From positions 5,865-69,864 of the forward strand of contig CAYUUX010000003.1 of assembly GCA_964448085.1 (NCBI GenBank): a stretch of DNA of 64,000 nucleotides, given 5' to 3'. Shown piece by piece: positions 47,459-57,327 of the stretch. The position numbers and the translations under genes are program-made. How positions within the stretch are numbered: the stretch's first letter is position 1; every line of letters begins with the position of its first letter. Under the pieces are notes generated by a model. That model was not told the origin of the DNA and did no database searches. It saw only the letters and a list, made by a program, of their open reading frames with translations. Source of the DNA: an uncultured Gammaproteobacteria bacterium (GTDB lineage Bacteria > Patescibacteriota > Microgenomatia > UBA10105 > UBA927).

Positions 47459-48466
47459 ATGGAGATCTCACTCATTCTTCTTACGATAATTCTTTGTTTT
47501 ATCGTGCTTTTTGTCTTCCTGAAACGAGAAATAAAACAGCCGGTAAACATGTCGGAAAATGAAGCGCTCTCGCAATGGCTCCGGTCGTTGCAGCAATCCA
47601 TCGAAAGAACCAATCATACGGTCGCCGAAGCGATGCGTGGTCAAACGGGTGATGTTGCGCGCATGCTTCAATCAAATACACAACAATTAAATGAACGACT
47701 TGATACCGCGGCGCATATTATCGGGGATTTAAAGAAAAATCTTGGTGAAATGTCTGAGGTTGGACGAGGTATCCGGAGTCTACAGGATTTTCTTCAATCA
47801 CCAAAGCTTCGTGGTAATATTGGCGAACAGGTATTGGCAGATATGATTGGGCAAACCTTTCCCAAAAAATCGTTTCATCTACAATACGCATTTCGTTCCG
47901 GGACAAAAGTCGATGCTGTATTAGAAACAGACGCAGGATTGTTGTGTATAGATTCAAAGTTTCCGATGGAAAATTTTACCCTGATGCACAAAGGTGAAAC
48001 AGAAACGATACGAGAACGAGCAAAAAAGGATTTTGTAGGTGACGTAAAAAAACATCTGCAAGACATTGCAAAAAAATATATTTTGCCGGAGGAAAGAACA
48101 ATGGATTTTGCGTTGATGTATATCCCGTCGGAAGCTGTGTATTACGAAATTGTCAATAATCAGTCATTGATGGATTGTGCAAAAAATGTTCGTGTCTATC
48201 CCGTCTCACCAAACACATTGTATGCGCATCTACAGGTACTGCTCTTATCCTTTCAGGGGAAAGAGCTTGAGGAGCAATCGCGTGAAGTATTTCGACTTCT
48301 CCGTGCAATGCAGAAGGATTATGAAAAAATCGACGAAGCGATTGGTACATTGGGAAAACATGTGACGAATGCATACAACAGTATGAATACGGTTGCGACA
48401 TCAGTGGCTCAGTTGGGACAAAAACTTGACAGGACGAAACGTATATCAACTTCAGAGAAAGCATAA
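47459..48466 (+). CDS. rmuC: DNA recombination protein RmuC
   Basis: TM plus coiled coil; KLRGNIGE, IDSKFP, YIPSEAVY, SPNTL. Confidence 0.93.
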   Translation: MEISLILLTIILCFIVLFVFLKREIKQPVNMSENEALSQWLRSLQQSIERTNHTVAEAMRGQTGDVARMLQSNTQQLNERLDTAAHIIGDLKKNLGEMSEVGRGIRSLQDFLQSPKLRGNIGEQVLADMIGQTFPKKSFHLQYAFRSGTKVDAVLETDAGLLCIDSKFPMENFTLMHKGETETIRERAKKDFVGDVKKHLQDIAKKYILPEERTMDFALMYIPSEAVYYEIVNNQSLMDCAKNVRVYPVSPNTLYAHLQVLLLSFQGKELEEQSREVFRLLRAMQKDYEKIDEAIGTLGKHVTNAYNSMNTVATSVAQLGQKLDRTKRISTSEKA

Positions 48467-48529
48467 AACCACGTCGGTACCCACGAAGAAAGATCCAAAC
48501 AAATGCTGTTTTGTAGTATACTCATCTGC

Positions 48530-49786
48530 ATGTTTTCCCATGTGCGTCACAAGGTGGCAAGTTTTGTGCCCGCTCTTCGTTCTCCGAACTATCGGATGTA
48601 CTTTATTGGGCAGGGGATTTCGCTCGTCGGTACATGGATGCAATCCGTAGCAGAGCAATGGCTTGTATATCCGGTGTTGACAAACAACAAGTCACTTCTC
48701 GGACTCATTAGTGCGGCAAACATGGTGCCCACGCTTATTTTTGTATTGTTTGCCGGCGTTCTTGTTGACCGAATCAATAAAAGAAAAGCATTTATTATAT
48801 TTCAACTTATTTATGCTGGAATCGCTTTTTTCTTGTATATACTCATCGTGACCGGCAAGATTCAGTTGTGGCATATTTTTTCTGCCGCGGTTTTGGGAGG
48901 AATCATTTTTTCGTTTGAAAATCCAACTCGACAGACGTTTATGATGGCGCTTGTAGAAAAAAAGCACATTCCTTCTGCCATGTCATTAAGTTCAGCGTTG
49001 TTCAATTCGGCGCGCGCTGTTGGTCCTGCTGTTGCTGGTATAGTGATAGCAACATTGGGTATAGCTCCAGCATACCTTGTCAACAGCGTAAGCTTCTTTG
49101 CAGTTATTATCAGTCTTTTGATGATGAAATTCCCTTCACAGGAAACGAAAAAGGTAGATGCGCAATCATTTACAGAAGGGATTAAAGAGGGGATAGCATT
49201 CATACGCAGCAACACAATATATATTGCGATTTTGGCAATTGTCGGTAGTATGACATTGTTTACGTGGCCGGGATCGATACTCCAGCCGGTCTTTGCACAT
49301 GATATTTTCAAAAAGGGGGAAATTGGGTTTGGTCTCATACAAAGTATGTTTGGTATTGGTGCCATGTTTGGTGGATTAACCTTTTCGAAGATGTTTGAAA
49401 AAGTGAAACAAAAACATCGACTCCTGTATGTAAGTGTGGGTATGGCAGTCGTGGCAATGATTGGATATGCATGGGCTCCATGGTTTTGGTTTGCTCTAAG
49501 TATGCAAATAATTTTTGGTTGGGCTATAGCAACAACGTATTCTTTGAATGGAACACTGGTGGTAATTGCGGTTCCCGAACAGTTACGCGGAAGAATAACG
49601 AGTATTTATACGTTTGTTTTTATGGGGTTTATGCCTTTTGGTGCGCTTCTCGCGAGTTTTCTCGTTGGGTTCATAAATCCGCGCATTATTATTACGATAT
49701 GCGCCGTTGGGATAGCACTCAGTGTAAGCGGTGTTATATTCTGCATGAAGGGAAAGTACCAAGAACAAATTAACGCAATGGTATAA
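48530..49786 (+). CDS. MFS transporter (MFS_3/H+ antiporter-like)
   Basis: GQGISLVGTWMQ, GVLVDRINKR, NSARAVGPAVAG, LRGRI. Confidence 0.92.
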   Translation: MFSHVRHKVASFVPALRSPNYRMYFIGQGISLVGTWMQSVAEQWLVYPVLTNNKSLLGLISAANMVPTLIFVLFAGVLVDRINKRKAFIIFQLIYAGIAFFLYILIVTGKIQLWHIFSAAVLGGIIFSFENPTRQTFMMALVEKKHIPSAMSLSSALFNSARAVGPAVAGIVIATLGIAPAYLVNSVSFFAVIISLLMMKFPSQETKKVDAQSFTEGIKEGIAFIRSNTIYIAILAIVGSMTLFTWPGSILQPVFAHDIFKKGEIGFGLIQSMFGIGAMFGGLTFSKMFEKVKQKHRLLYVSVGMAVVAMIGYAWAPWFWFALSMQIIFGWAIATTYSLNGTLVVIAVPEQLRGRITSIYTFVFMGFMPFGALLASFLVGFINPRIIITICAVGIALSVSGVIFCMKGKYQEQINAMV

Positions 49787-49795
49787 TGGCTTTTG

Positions 49796-52705
49796 ATGAC
49801 GAAAGAAGATAGCTCCGAACGAATTCTGAATCCAGAACAACAAAAGGCAGTGAAATTCGGTTCTGGTCCGTTGCTTGTTATCGCCGGCGCGGGAACTGGG
49901 AAAACCACAGTGATATCTGAACGGATTAAATACCTTATTCTTTCAAGAAAAGCGTTACCGCAGGAAATTCTTGCGCTTACATTTACGGAAAAAGCCGCGC
50001 GTGAAATGGAGGAACGTGCAGACCGCATATTACCGTATGGGACAACACAAATGTGGATATCTACATTTCATGCATTCTGCGATCGAGTACTTCGCAACGA
50101 GAGTGTATCAATAGGACTGAATCCGAACTATACATTAATGGGTGAAGCTGAAGCGATACAATTTTTTTCGCATCATTTGTTTGATTTTACTTTTTCCTAT
50201 TTTCGTCCTCTTGGCAATCCAACAAAATTCGTTACCGGTATTTTGCAGCATTTTTCACGTTTGAAGGATGAAGATATCACTCCTGAACAATATCGAATAT
50301 GGGTAGAAACGCACGGAAAACAAAGACAATCTCCGGAATCACGTGAGGAAACGGATAAATATAGGGAGCTGGCAAACGCATATGGAAAATATGAGGAATT
50401 AAAAATAAAGGAAGGTAAGGTTGATTACGGAGATCTGATAACAAATACCCTAAAAGTTTTTCGTACCAGAAAAAAACTACTTGCCCAATATCAAAAGCAA
50501 TTTAAATATATCCTGATAGATGAATTCCAAGACACGAATTTTGCGCAAAACGAATTGGCCATACTCCTATCAGGAACGAAACAAAATATTACTGTTGTTG
50601 GAGATGATGATCAAGCGATTTATCGTTGGCGTGGAGCGGCAATTTCAAATATCATTCAATTCCGTAAGCATTTCAAAAAAGCAAAAATTATCGTACTTTC
50701 CAAAAATTACCGATCAACGCAGAAAATTCTTGATACGTCATATGAGTTAATTCAGCACAATAACCCCGATCGCTTGGAGGTCGTTGAGAAAATAAACAAA
50801 AGATTGGAATGTATGCGCCGGGTACATGGTGAATCAGTGCAGGTACTGTATGCGGAGCGGGTGGAAGACGAGGCAGAGCGAGTTGTAAAAGAGATACGAA
50901 TGTTGATGGATGATGGGGGAAAAACATTGCGTTGGAAAGACTTCGCAATCCTCGTGCGGGCAAACGCGCACGCCGATCCATTTGTCAGATCATTACAGAG
51001 GGCGGGTATTCCATATCAGTTCCTGGGTCCTGGACAATTGTTTCGTCAGCCCGAGGTGAAGGACATCATTGCATATCTGAAAACACTTACGGACATAAAC
51101 GATAGCGTATCCATGTATCGGGTGTTGACGATGGATGTGTTTGCAATTCCGCCGCGGGACGTAGCGGAACTCGTGTCACAGGCAAAACAAAACAATATTT
51201 CGCTTTTTGCCTCCTGCGAAAAATTTTCTGCGATACTTTCCGAATCGGGCAAAAAGAAGATCGAAATGCTTGTTTCGATGATATATAAACACCTGGAGCG
51301 CATTAGCAAAGAGACAGCTGGGCAAATTGCGTATTATTTTTTGCAGGATTCCGGTTTGTTGCAATTCTTCACGACGCTTGCAAGCGTGAAAGATGAACAT
51401 AAGGCAGAAAATATAGCAAAATTTTTCGATAAGATAAAAACGTATGAAGCTGACCATGATGATGCAAGCGTTTTTGCTTTAATCGACTGGTTGATGCTCG
51501 CTATGGAGCTGGGGGAATCCCCGCTTGCAACAAACAGTGATTGGGGGGATATAGACGCAGTAAATATCTTAACAGTACATTCTGCGAAAGGTTTGGAATT
51601 TCCAATTGTATTTATGGTGAATTTAGTGAACGCTCGTTTTCCGACAACCGAACGACGCGAACAAATTCCCATTCCAGACGCTTTGGTGAAAGAAGTGTTA
51701 CCGGTTGGTGACTATCATCTTGAGGAGGAGCGGAGATTATTTTATGTGGGGATGACAAGGGCGCGTGACAGACTGTTTTTAACAGGTGCGAAGTATTATG
51801 GGGACGGAAAACGGGAAAAGAAACTATCTCCATATATTGCTGAAAGCTTAGGAAATCAAGCTGTTCTCACAATGCCGACGATGTCAAAAAATGATACAAC
51901 CCAGTTATTTCTTATCGATTGGGCAAAATCAAAACAACCCATGCGCTCAGAAGAAGCGGTTAAGAAATCACCTCTTACACATATTTGGTATACGCACATA
52001 GAATCTTTCAGAAGATGTCCGCTGCAATATAAATACAGATACGTAGTAAAAATTCCTATTCCAACCTCTGTTGCGTTGGGGTTTGGGGACATTATGCATC
52101 GGTCCATGCAGGAATTCTATAAACAGGTCGTTGCTGGAGGTAAAGTGTCGGAAACTTTACTTCTTTCCATATATGAAAGCCAATGGAAATCAAAAGGATT
52201 CATGAACAAACAATATGAAGAAGAGATGAAACAGCACGGAAAAATGCTTCTTTCTGAATATTATACGAAGGGATACGATGCAAAGACAAAGACGATCGCT
52301 GTTGAGCAGGCTTTTAAGATCAAAATCGCAAAAGATATTACACTTGGCGGCAAAATAGATCGCGTAGATAAAAACCCAGATGGGACGCTTGAGATTATTG
52401 ATTATAAAACCGGCGCAGCGCCAAAAAAAAGAGACCCACAGGAAGATTTTCAATTATCCATCTATGCGCTTGCGGCAACTGATCCGGGTGTGTATGGGAT
52501 CATACCGGAAAAGATAAAAGTATCATTTTATTTTTTTGAGGGTCAAGAACGTGTCTCTGGTACAAGAACGAAAGACCAATTGCTGAAAGTGAAAGAAGAA
52601 ATCGTCGATGCGGCGGAAGCGATACAAAAAAGCCAATTCTTGCCTACTCCGGGTATGTACTGTACATTCTGCGAGTTTCGATTGCTTTGCGATGCGTGGA
52701 AGTAA
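49796..52705 (+). CDS. UvrD/PcrA-type helicase fused to a C-terminal PD-(D/E)XK Fe-S nuclease
   Basis: AGAGTGKT, DEFQD, GDDDQAIY, TVHSAKGLEF, YVGMTRA; then RCPLQY, GKIDRVD, IIDYKTG, CTFCEFRLLC. Confidence 0.93.
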   Translation: MTKEDSSERILNPEQQKAVKFGSGPLLVIAGAGTGKTTVISERIKYLILSRKALPQEILALTFTEKAAREMEERADRILPYGTTQMWISTFHAFCDRVLRNESVSIGLNPNYTLMGEAEAIQFFSHHLFDFTFSYFRPLGNPTKFVTGILQHFSRLKDEDITPEQYRIWVETHGKQRQSPESREETDKYRELANAYGKYEELKIKEGKVDYGDLITNTLKVFRTRKKLLAQYQKQFKYILIDEFQDTNFAQNELAILLSGTKQNITVVGDDDQAIYRWRGAAISNIIQFRKHFKKAKIIVLSKNYRSTQKILDTSYELIQHNNPDRLEVVEKINKRLECMRRVHGESVQVLYAERVEDEAERVVKEIRMLMDDGGKTLRWKDFAILVRANAHADPFVRSLQRAGIPYQFLGPGQLFRQPEVKDIIAYLKTLTDINDSVSMYRVLTMDVFAIPPRDVAELVSQAKQNNISLFASCEKFSAILSESGKKKIEMLVSMIYKHLERISKETAGQIAYYFLQDSGLLQFFTTLASVKDEHKAENIAKFFDKIKTYEADHDDASVFALIDWLMLAMELGESPLATNSDWGDIDAVNILTVHSAKGLEFPIVFMVNLVNARFPTTERREQIPIPDALVKEVLPVGDYHLEEERRLFYVGMTRARDRLFLTGAKYYGDGKREKKLSPYIAESLGNQAVLTMPTMSKNDTTQLFLIDWAKSKQPMRSEEAVKKSPLTHIWYTHIESFRRCPLQYKYRYVVKIPIPTSVALGFGDIMHRSMQEFYKQVVAGGKVSETLLLSIYESQWKSKGFMNKQYEEEMKQHGKMLLSEYYTKGYDAKTKTIAVEQAFKIKIAKDITLGGKIDRVDKNPDGTLEIIDYKTGAAPKKRDPQEDFQLSIYALAATDPGVYGIIPEKIKVSFYFFEGQERVSGTRTKDQLLKVKEEIVDAAEAIQKSQFLPTPGMYCTFCEFRLLCDAWK

Positions 52706-52714
52706 GGGATACTT

Positions 52715-53560
52715 CTATGGATTTGGGTCTATCAGGGGATAGTAAAGATTCTGACCACCAAAGCCTTCTTTGAATTTGGTAAAACCTTTCCACGCGGTAT
52801 ATTGTCGTGGTCTTCGTTCGTCCCAAACACCGACAAAATCAAATGTCCGGCAACGGTGTCTTCTGGCAAGTTTAATGGATTCCCATACGAGGAGTGTCGG
52901 CGCAAATAATTTTTTCCCTTTTTGCGTAGCCCCCGCTATCCAATAGTAGCAACAGGTATTCCATGTTAGAAGAAGCACCCCTCCAACGACGTTCCCCGTT
53001 TTTTCTTTAGCCAGTAATATGTACGCTTTCTTTTTGGGAGAAAAGATATTCCATAATTTATCTATTCCGTATGTCGTGATGCCTCCAAATAACCCGGCAG
53101 ACGAATTTTTAACCGCGATAAGTTCGTGAATAGCATTTGTTTCCTTTACCGTCAGACCGTTTTTTTGTGCTTTACGAACTGCACGTCTTTTGGCAGACGT
53201 GCATGCGTTAAATAGGTCTAATTCCTGTCTCTTGAGGTTGATGCGGATCGTTTTCGTTGGAAGAAAAGGGGAGCGCATAATTCTAAAAGATTGTGCAAGA
53301 GTGTGTATCCACGCATTGAACGCCGCTTCATCTTCAGTTGCTTTTGGCTCGATACTGACTTGTCGAACGTGGAGGGAATGAAGATGTGCAACTAAATCTG
53401 GAATGTCCGGTAATTTTTCCGGGCGTTGAATTTTCGCCAGCACGCCAAGGAAGGGGATCCTTTTTGAAAATACCGTTATCCCTTGGACTGTTGATACTCC
53501 CCACCGAAGGGAAGTTATGTACTGCTGATATAGTGGGGATTGTTGCAGTTCCATAGTCAT
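52715..53560 (-). CDS. FemAB-like GNAT protein
   Basis: RRAVRKA, APTLLVWE, FDFVGV, GFTKFKEGFGG. Confidence 0.85.
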   Translation of the reverse strand: MTMELQQSPLYQQYITSLRWGVSTVQGITVFSKRIPFLGVLAKIQRPEKLPDIPDLVAHLHSLHVRQVSIEPKATEDEAAFNAWIHTLAQSFRIMRSPFLPTKTIRINLKRQELDLFNACTSAKRRAVRKAQKNGLTVKETNAIHELIAVKNSSAGLFGGITTYGIDKLWNIFSPKKKAYILLAKEKTGNVVGGVLLLTWNTCCYYWIAGATQKGKKLFAPTLLVWESIKLARRHRCRTFDFVGVWDERRPRQYTAWKGFTKFKEGFGGQNLYYPLIDPNP

Positions 53561-53586
53561 TCTATTCGACTCGTTGAAGCATCGTG

Positions 53587-54543
53587 TTATTTGCTAAGTT
53601 TTAGTATCATCCAGCGAACGGTGTCAATTGCGCAGTAGATGGTATATAAGGAAGGTTTCAAAACGAGGTCATAAGAACCGACAAATTCCACGAGCTCTGG
53701 AGCATAGCCGACTTTAAAACGATGAAAACCGTACCAAGGATCCTTGGGATCTGGATTTGGTCCCATTGCACCCCATAAGTCAAATTTTTGTACGTTATGG
53801 TTTTTTCCCCATTTCATCAATTCCCACAACAATACGTTTGGCGCCATCGTTTCCTTGTGAAGGCGTGAAGATGCTCCGTAGGGATAATACATTATCCCGT
53901 CATAAACAAAAATAATCCACGCAGCGAGAACTTCGTGATCGTATGATGCCGTCCAAAGATGTGCGATGCCTGCGTCACGCATGATACGCCACATGGTTCT
54001 ATGGTACGTGCTGTTGTGGGCATAAAACTTTTGCCGTGCAGTCGTTTCTTCTTCTAACCGTAAATACTGTGAAAAAGCTGCATCGCTATTGTCTTCCGTA
54101 ACTTGAACTCCGTGTTTTTGTGCAACCCTGATGTTATACCGAGTTTTTGAATGCATGGCTCGAAGCAATTGTTCCTCTGTTTTAGTGAGATCAATAACGA
54201 AGGTATATCTTGTAAAGAGTGGATGATGTGATGGTTTGAGATGGATATCGTGAGGGATGTGCCTTTTTTTATCAACCAGGATATTGGGTTCAATTTGGAT
54301 GAAAATTGCTTGTTGGTTGTGACCGACGTTTCGTAATTCTTCAAGCGTTTTTTTTGTGAGAACGTTTCCTTTTGGGAAATACCCAATTGTATATGGTGTA
54401 TGCGGTATTCGATGAAATGATACATACCCGTTTGATGTCTTTTCAATCGTGACTCCCATGGATTGTCTAAAATTTGCCCAGGCCTCTGTTTGAATAGGGT
54501 GTATGGGGGCGCTCGGTGTGTTTTTTTTGGATGTCATAGGCAT
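53587..54543 (-). CDS. FemABX/MurM-type peptidoglycan bridge aminoacyltransferase
   Basis: QTEAW, KTRYNIR, YYPYGAS, FDLWG, GFHRFKVGY. Confidence 0.92.
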   Translation of the reverse strand: MPMTSKKNTPSAPIHPIQTEAWANFRQSMGVTIEKTSNGYVSFHRIPHTPYTIGYFPKGNVLTKKTLEELRNVGHNQQAIFIQIEPNILVDKKRHIPHDIHLKPSHHPLFTRYTFVIDLTKTEEQLLRAMHSKTRYNIRVAQKHGVQVTEDNSDAAFSQYLRLEEETTARQKFYAHNSTYHRTMWRIMRDAGIAHLWTASYDHEVLAAWIIFVYDGIMYYPYGASSRLHKETMAPNVLLWELMKWGKNHNVQKFDLWGAMGPNPDPKDPWYGFHRFKVGYAPELVEFVGSYDLVLKPSLYTIYCAIDTVRWMILKLSK

Positions 54544-54582
54544 ATTATCGCGTTTTTCTCCATGTGTTACAATAGAAGTGGT

Positions 54583-54789
54583 ATGAAAAGACGTCAACTG
54601 CCAAGACGCAGCATAAGGAAAAAGTCTTCGTTTTTCCCCTTTATTGATAACAGCATTTTTCCGGACATCATTTCATTTAAGTGCGTCAAGGGTCCGCTTC
54701 GGATATTCTTGCAGATAGAAATTGCACTGTCTCTCCTCGTTGTAATTGGAACCTGCATCGCTGTTACAGTAAAGTTTTGGCCGTACTAG
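54583..54789 (+). CDS. Small basic protein with C-terminal TM (68 aa)
   Basis: Fills the gap between fem and pcrA; TGtTACAAT 9 nt before ATG; Arg/Lys-rich N-terminus and hydrophobic C-terminus. Confidence 0.5.
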   Translation: MKRRQLPRRSIRKKSSFFPFIDNSIFPDIISFKCVKGPLRIFLQIEIALSLLVVIGTCIAVTVKFWPY

Positions 54790-56660
54790 AGAAGAAGCGT
54801 GTCCTCATTAAATCCCCAGGATGCATCGATTGAAACATGTCGTTCAATGAGATGTTCTGGAATATCGGAAATAAAACGGGAAATAAGATTTTGTGTTCGT
54901 GTACCAAAAAAGAGTCTTCTGTTTGCATACGTTAAATAGAGGCGTTCTTTTGCGCGTGTAACCCCAACATAGCAGAGTCTCCGTTCTTCTTCGAGTTCTT
55001 CCCGGTCCATAAGTGATCGGCTGTGCGGAAACAACCCCTCTTCCATGCCAACGATAAATACGATTGGGAATTCAAGTCCTTTTGCCGCGTGCATGGTCAT
55101 AAGTGTGACCGCGTTTGATTTCTTCCCGGTCTCCCTTGATTTTTTAGACACGTATTTTTCCTCAAGGAGCGCTACAACTTCAAGAAAGTCTTGAAGTATC
55201 GGGTATTCGGCTGCAACAGATCGAAGTTCCTTTATATTTTCAAGACGCGACGCTTCTTCGTCGACGGTTGCGTCGTACAAGGAAAGATAATCCGTTTTTT
55301 CCAATATTTTGTCCATGAGTTCTAGTGTGGTAAAGGAAACGAGTTTTGTATCCTGGATTATTTTTTGGGCAAAAGACTGGAATTTTGCTAATCTTCCCTT
55401 ACCAAGTTTTTCTATGCGTCTGTATGAAACAGAGTCTTTTGGATTTGCAAGATTTTTAAGATATGCAAGGACGTCCTTGATTTCCTTCCTTTCATAAAAG
55501 CGCGTCCCTCCGACAAGAACGTAAGGGACACCGGAGCGAAGAAACGCCTCCTCAATCGTTCGTGATTGCGCATTGGTTCGATACAGTACCGCAAAATCGG
55601 AGAAATTGCGGTGCGTTTGCAATATTGTTGTTACTAAAAACAACGCTTCGTCGTGTTCAGTCCTTGCTTCATACAGAAGGACCGGTTCTCCGCTTGCGTT
55701 GTTTGTCCAAAGTTTCAAAACTGGGTGGGAAGTATTTTTGGATATGACACACGTTGCTGCATCCAGGATGGTTTGTGTGGAGCGATAGTTTTGTTCCAGA
55801 TGAAATTCCTTTGCCTGTGGATAGTCTCGTTTGAAGTTGGTTATGTTGGTAAAATCAGCCCCTCTAAAACGATAAATACTTTGTGATGCATCCCCAACCA
55901 CGCTGATGTTTTTATGGCGATTCGCAAGTTGTCTTGCGAGAACATACTGTGCACGGTTGGTGTCCTGATATTCATCAATAAGAATGTAGCGATACTGTTC
56001 TTGATATGTTCCAAGCACGTTGGGATTCGTATCAAAAAGTTGCACGGTTTTCATGAGAAGATCATCAAAATCGAGTGCTGCGTTTTCCAGAAGTTTTTTC
56101 TGATACAAAAGATATACTCTCGCGACAGTTTCTTGAAAGAAGCCCCGAGCGAATTGGGGATATTCCAACGCGGGTATTAATTGATTTTTTGCTTCTGAAA
56201 TTGTTGATAGGACTGCTTGCGGATGGAAATCCTTTGTTGATATATCAGCTTCTTTCATAACATCTTTAATCGCGTCCAACTGATCCTGACTGTCATAAAT
56301 AGTGAAATGGGGCGGTATCTGAATGAGTACTCCATCACGTCTAAGGATTTTTGCGCAAAACGCATGAAACGTTCCGGCAAACGGAAGATCTGAAATTGCC
56401 GTTCGTGTAGATGCCTTTTGTTCTGTGTGTAACAACTGAATAATTCGTTCCTTCATCTCACCCGCTGCCTTATTGGTAAACGTAACCATGAGAATTGACA
56501 AAGGATCAACGTGTTTTTCAAGGATAAGATATGCGACCTTATATGTAAGGACTCTCGTTTTTCCGCTTCCAGCACCTGCGAGGATGAGAATTGGGCCATC
56601 GGTTGTCTTTACTGCGCGTCGTTGATCGGGATTTAATTCATTGAGGAGATCGCTTTCCAT
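54786..56660 (-). CDS. pcrA: ATP-dependent DNA helicase PcrA/UvrD
   Basis: AGAGSGKT, DEYQD, GDASQSIY, LEQNYRS, HAAKGLEF, EEERRL; start moved to ATG 56660. Confidence 0.96.
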   Translation of the reverse strand: MESDLLNELNPDQRRAVKTTDGPILILAGAGSGKTRVLTYKVAYLILEKHVDPLSILMVTFTNKAAGEMKERIIQLLHTEQKASTRTAISDLPFAGTFHAFCAKILRRDGVLIQIPPHFTIYDSQDQLDAIKDVMKEADISTKDFHPQAVLSTISEAKNQLIPALEYPQFARGFFQETVARVYLLYQKKLLENAALDFDDLLMKTVQLFDTNPNVLGTYQEQYRYILIDEYQDTNRAQYVLARQLANRHKNISVVGDASQSIYRFRGADFTNITNFKRDYPQAKEFHLEQNYRSTQTILDAATCVISKNTSHPVLKLWTNNASGEPVLLYEARTEHDEALFLVTTILQTHRNFSDFAVLYRTNAQSRTIEEAFLRSGVPYVLVGGTRFYERKEIKDVLAYLKNLANPKDSVSYRRIEKLGKGRLAKFQSFAQKIIQDTKLVSFTTLELMDKILEKTDYLSLYDATVDEEASRLENIKELRSVAAEYPILQDFLEVVALLEEKYVSKKSRETGKKSNAVTLMTMHAAKGLEFPIVFIVGMEEGLFPHSRSLMDREELEEERRLCYVGVTRAKERLYLTYANRRLFFGTRTQNLISRFISDIPEHLIERHVSIDASWGFNEDTLLL

Positions 56661-56679
56661 AGAGTATAATCTTATCATA

Positions 56680-57327
56680 ATGCCGAAGCGCTTTTTGATA
56701 GGAAACTGGAAGAGTAACATGACTCTTTCTGAGATGAATGAATGGTTTGAGGTGTTTATACCAACACCTGGTATTACCACAGTGCTATGTCTTCCGTTTA
56801 CATTGTTGTCATCAGCAAAAGAGCTTATACAAAAGAAAAACCTTCCAATTGCAATTGGGGCGCAGGATGTATCACCTTTTGGAAAAGGTCCATATACAGG
56901 AGAAGTAACTGCGGACATGATAAAAGAATTCGCTTCGTACGTATTAGTGGGGCATTCAGAAAGAAGACAATATTTTCAGGAGTCCCTTGAGGAACTTTCC
57001 TATGAAACATTGCAGGCAAAAACGGCAGGGTTAACAGTAATCTATTGTGTTGCCGATGAAGAGGAACACATACCAAAGGAAGCCGATATGGTTGCTTTTG
57101 AACCAATCGGATCCATAGGCACGGGGAATCCGGAAAAACCAGAAATTATACAGGCAAAATGCGAAATATTCAGGAAAACTTCAGGAAAAACGATATTATA
57201 TGGAGGTAGTATTACAGAGGAGATCGTTCGGGATATTCTTAAAACAGAAGCGGTAGATGGATTGCTTGTGGGTCAGGCAAGTTTGGATCCAGTGCAATTT
57301 ACTTTAATTGGTAAACAACTTTCATGA
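56680..57327 (+). CDS. tpiA: Triosephosphate isomerase
   Basis: GNWK, GAQD, TGE, GHSERR, FEPIGSIGTG, YGGS. Confidence 0.95.
   Translation: MPKRFLIGNWKSNMTLSEMNEWFEVFIPTPGITTVLCLPFTLLSSAKELIQKKNLPIAIGAQDVSPFGKGPYTGEVTADMIKEFASYVLVGHSERRQYFQESLEELSYETLQAKTAGLTVIYCVADEEEHIPKEADMVAFEPIGSIGTGNPEKPEIIQAKCEIFRKTSGKTILYGGSITEEIVRDILKTEAVDGLLVGQASLDPVQFTLIGKQLS

Noticed and set aside
51960-52705. Cas4-like nuclease motifs suggesting CRISPR adaptation
   Set aside because: This is the fused C-terminal domain of a UvrD helicase; no cas1/cas2 or array nearby
56661-56918. Long N-terminal extensions in the ORF track (pcrA; also tsaD, wecA, the kinase and the methyltransferase)
   Set aside because: They overlap neighbouring genes; downstream ATGs match family N-termini and promoter positions
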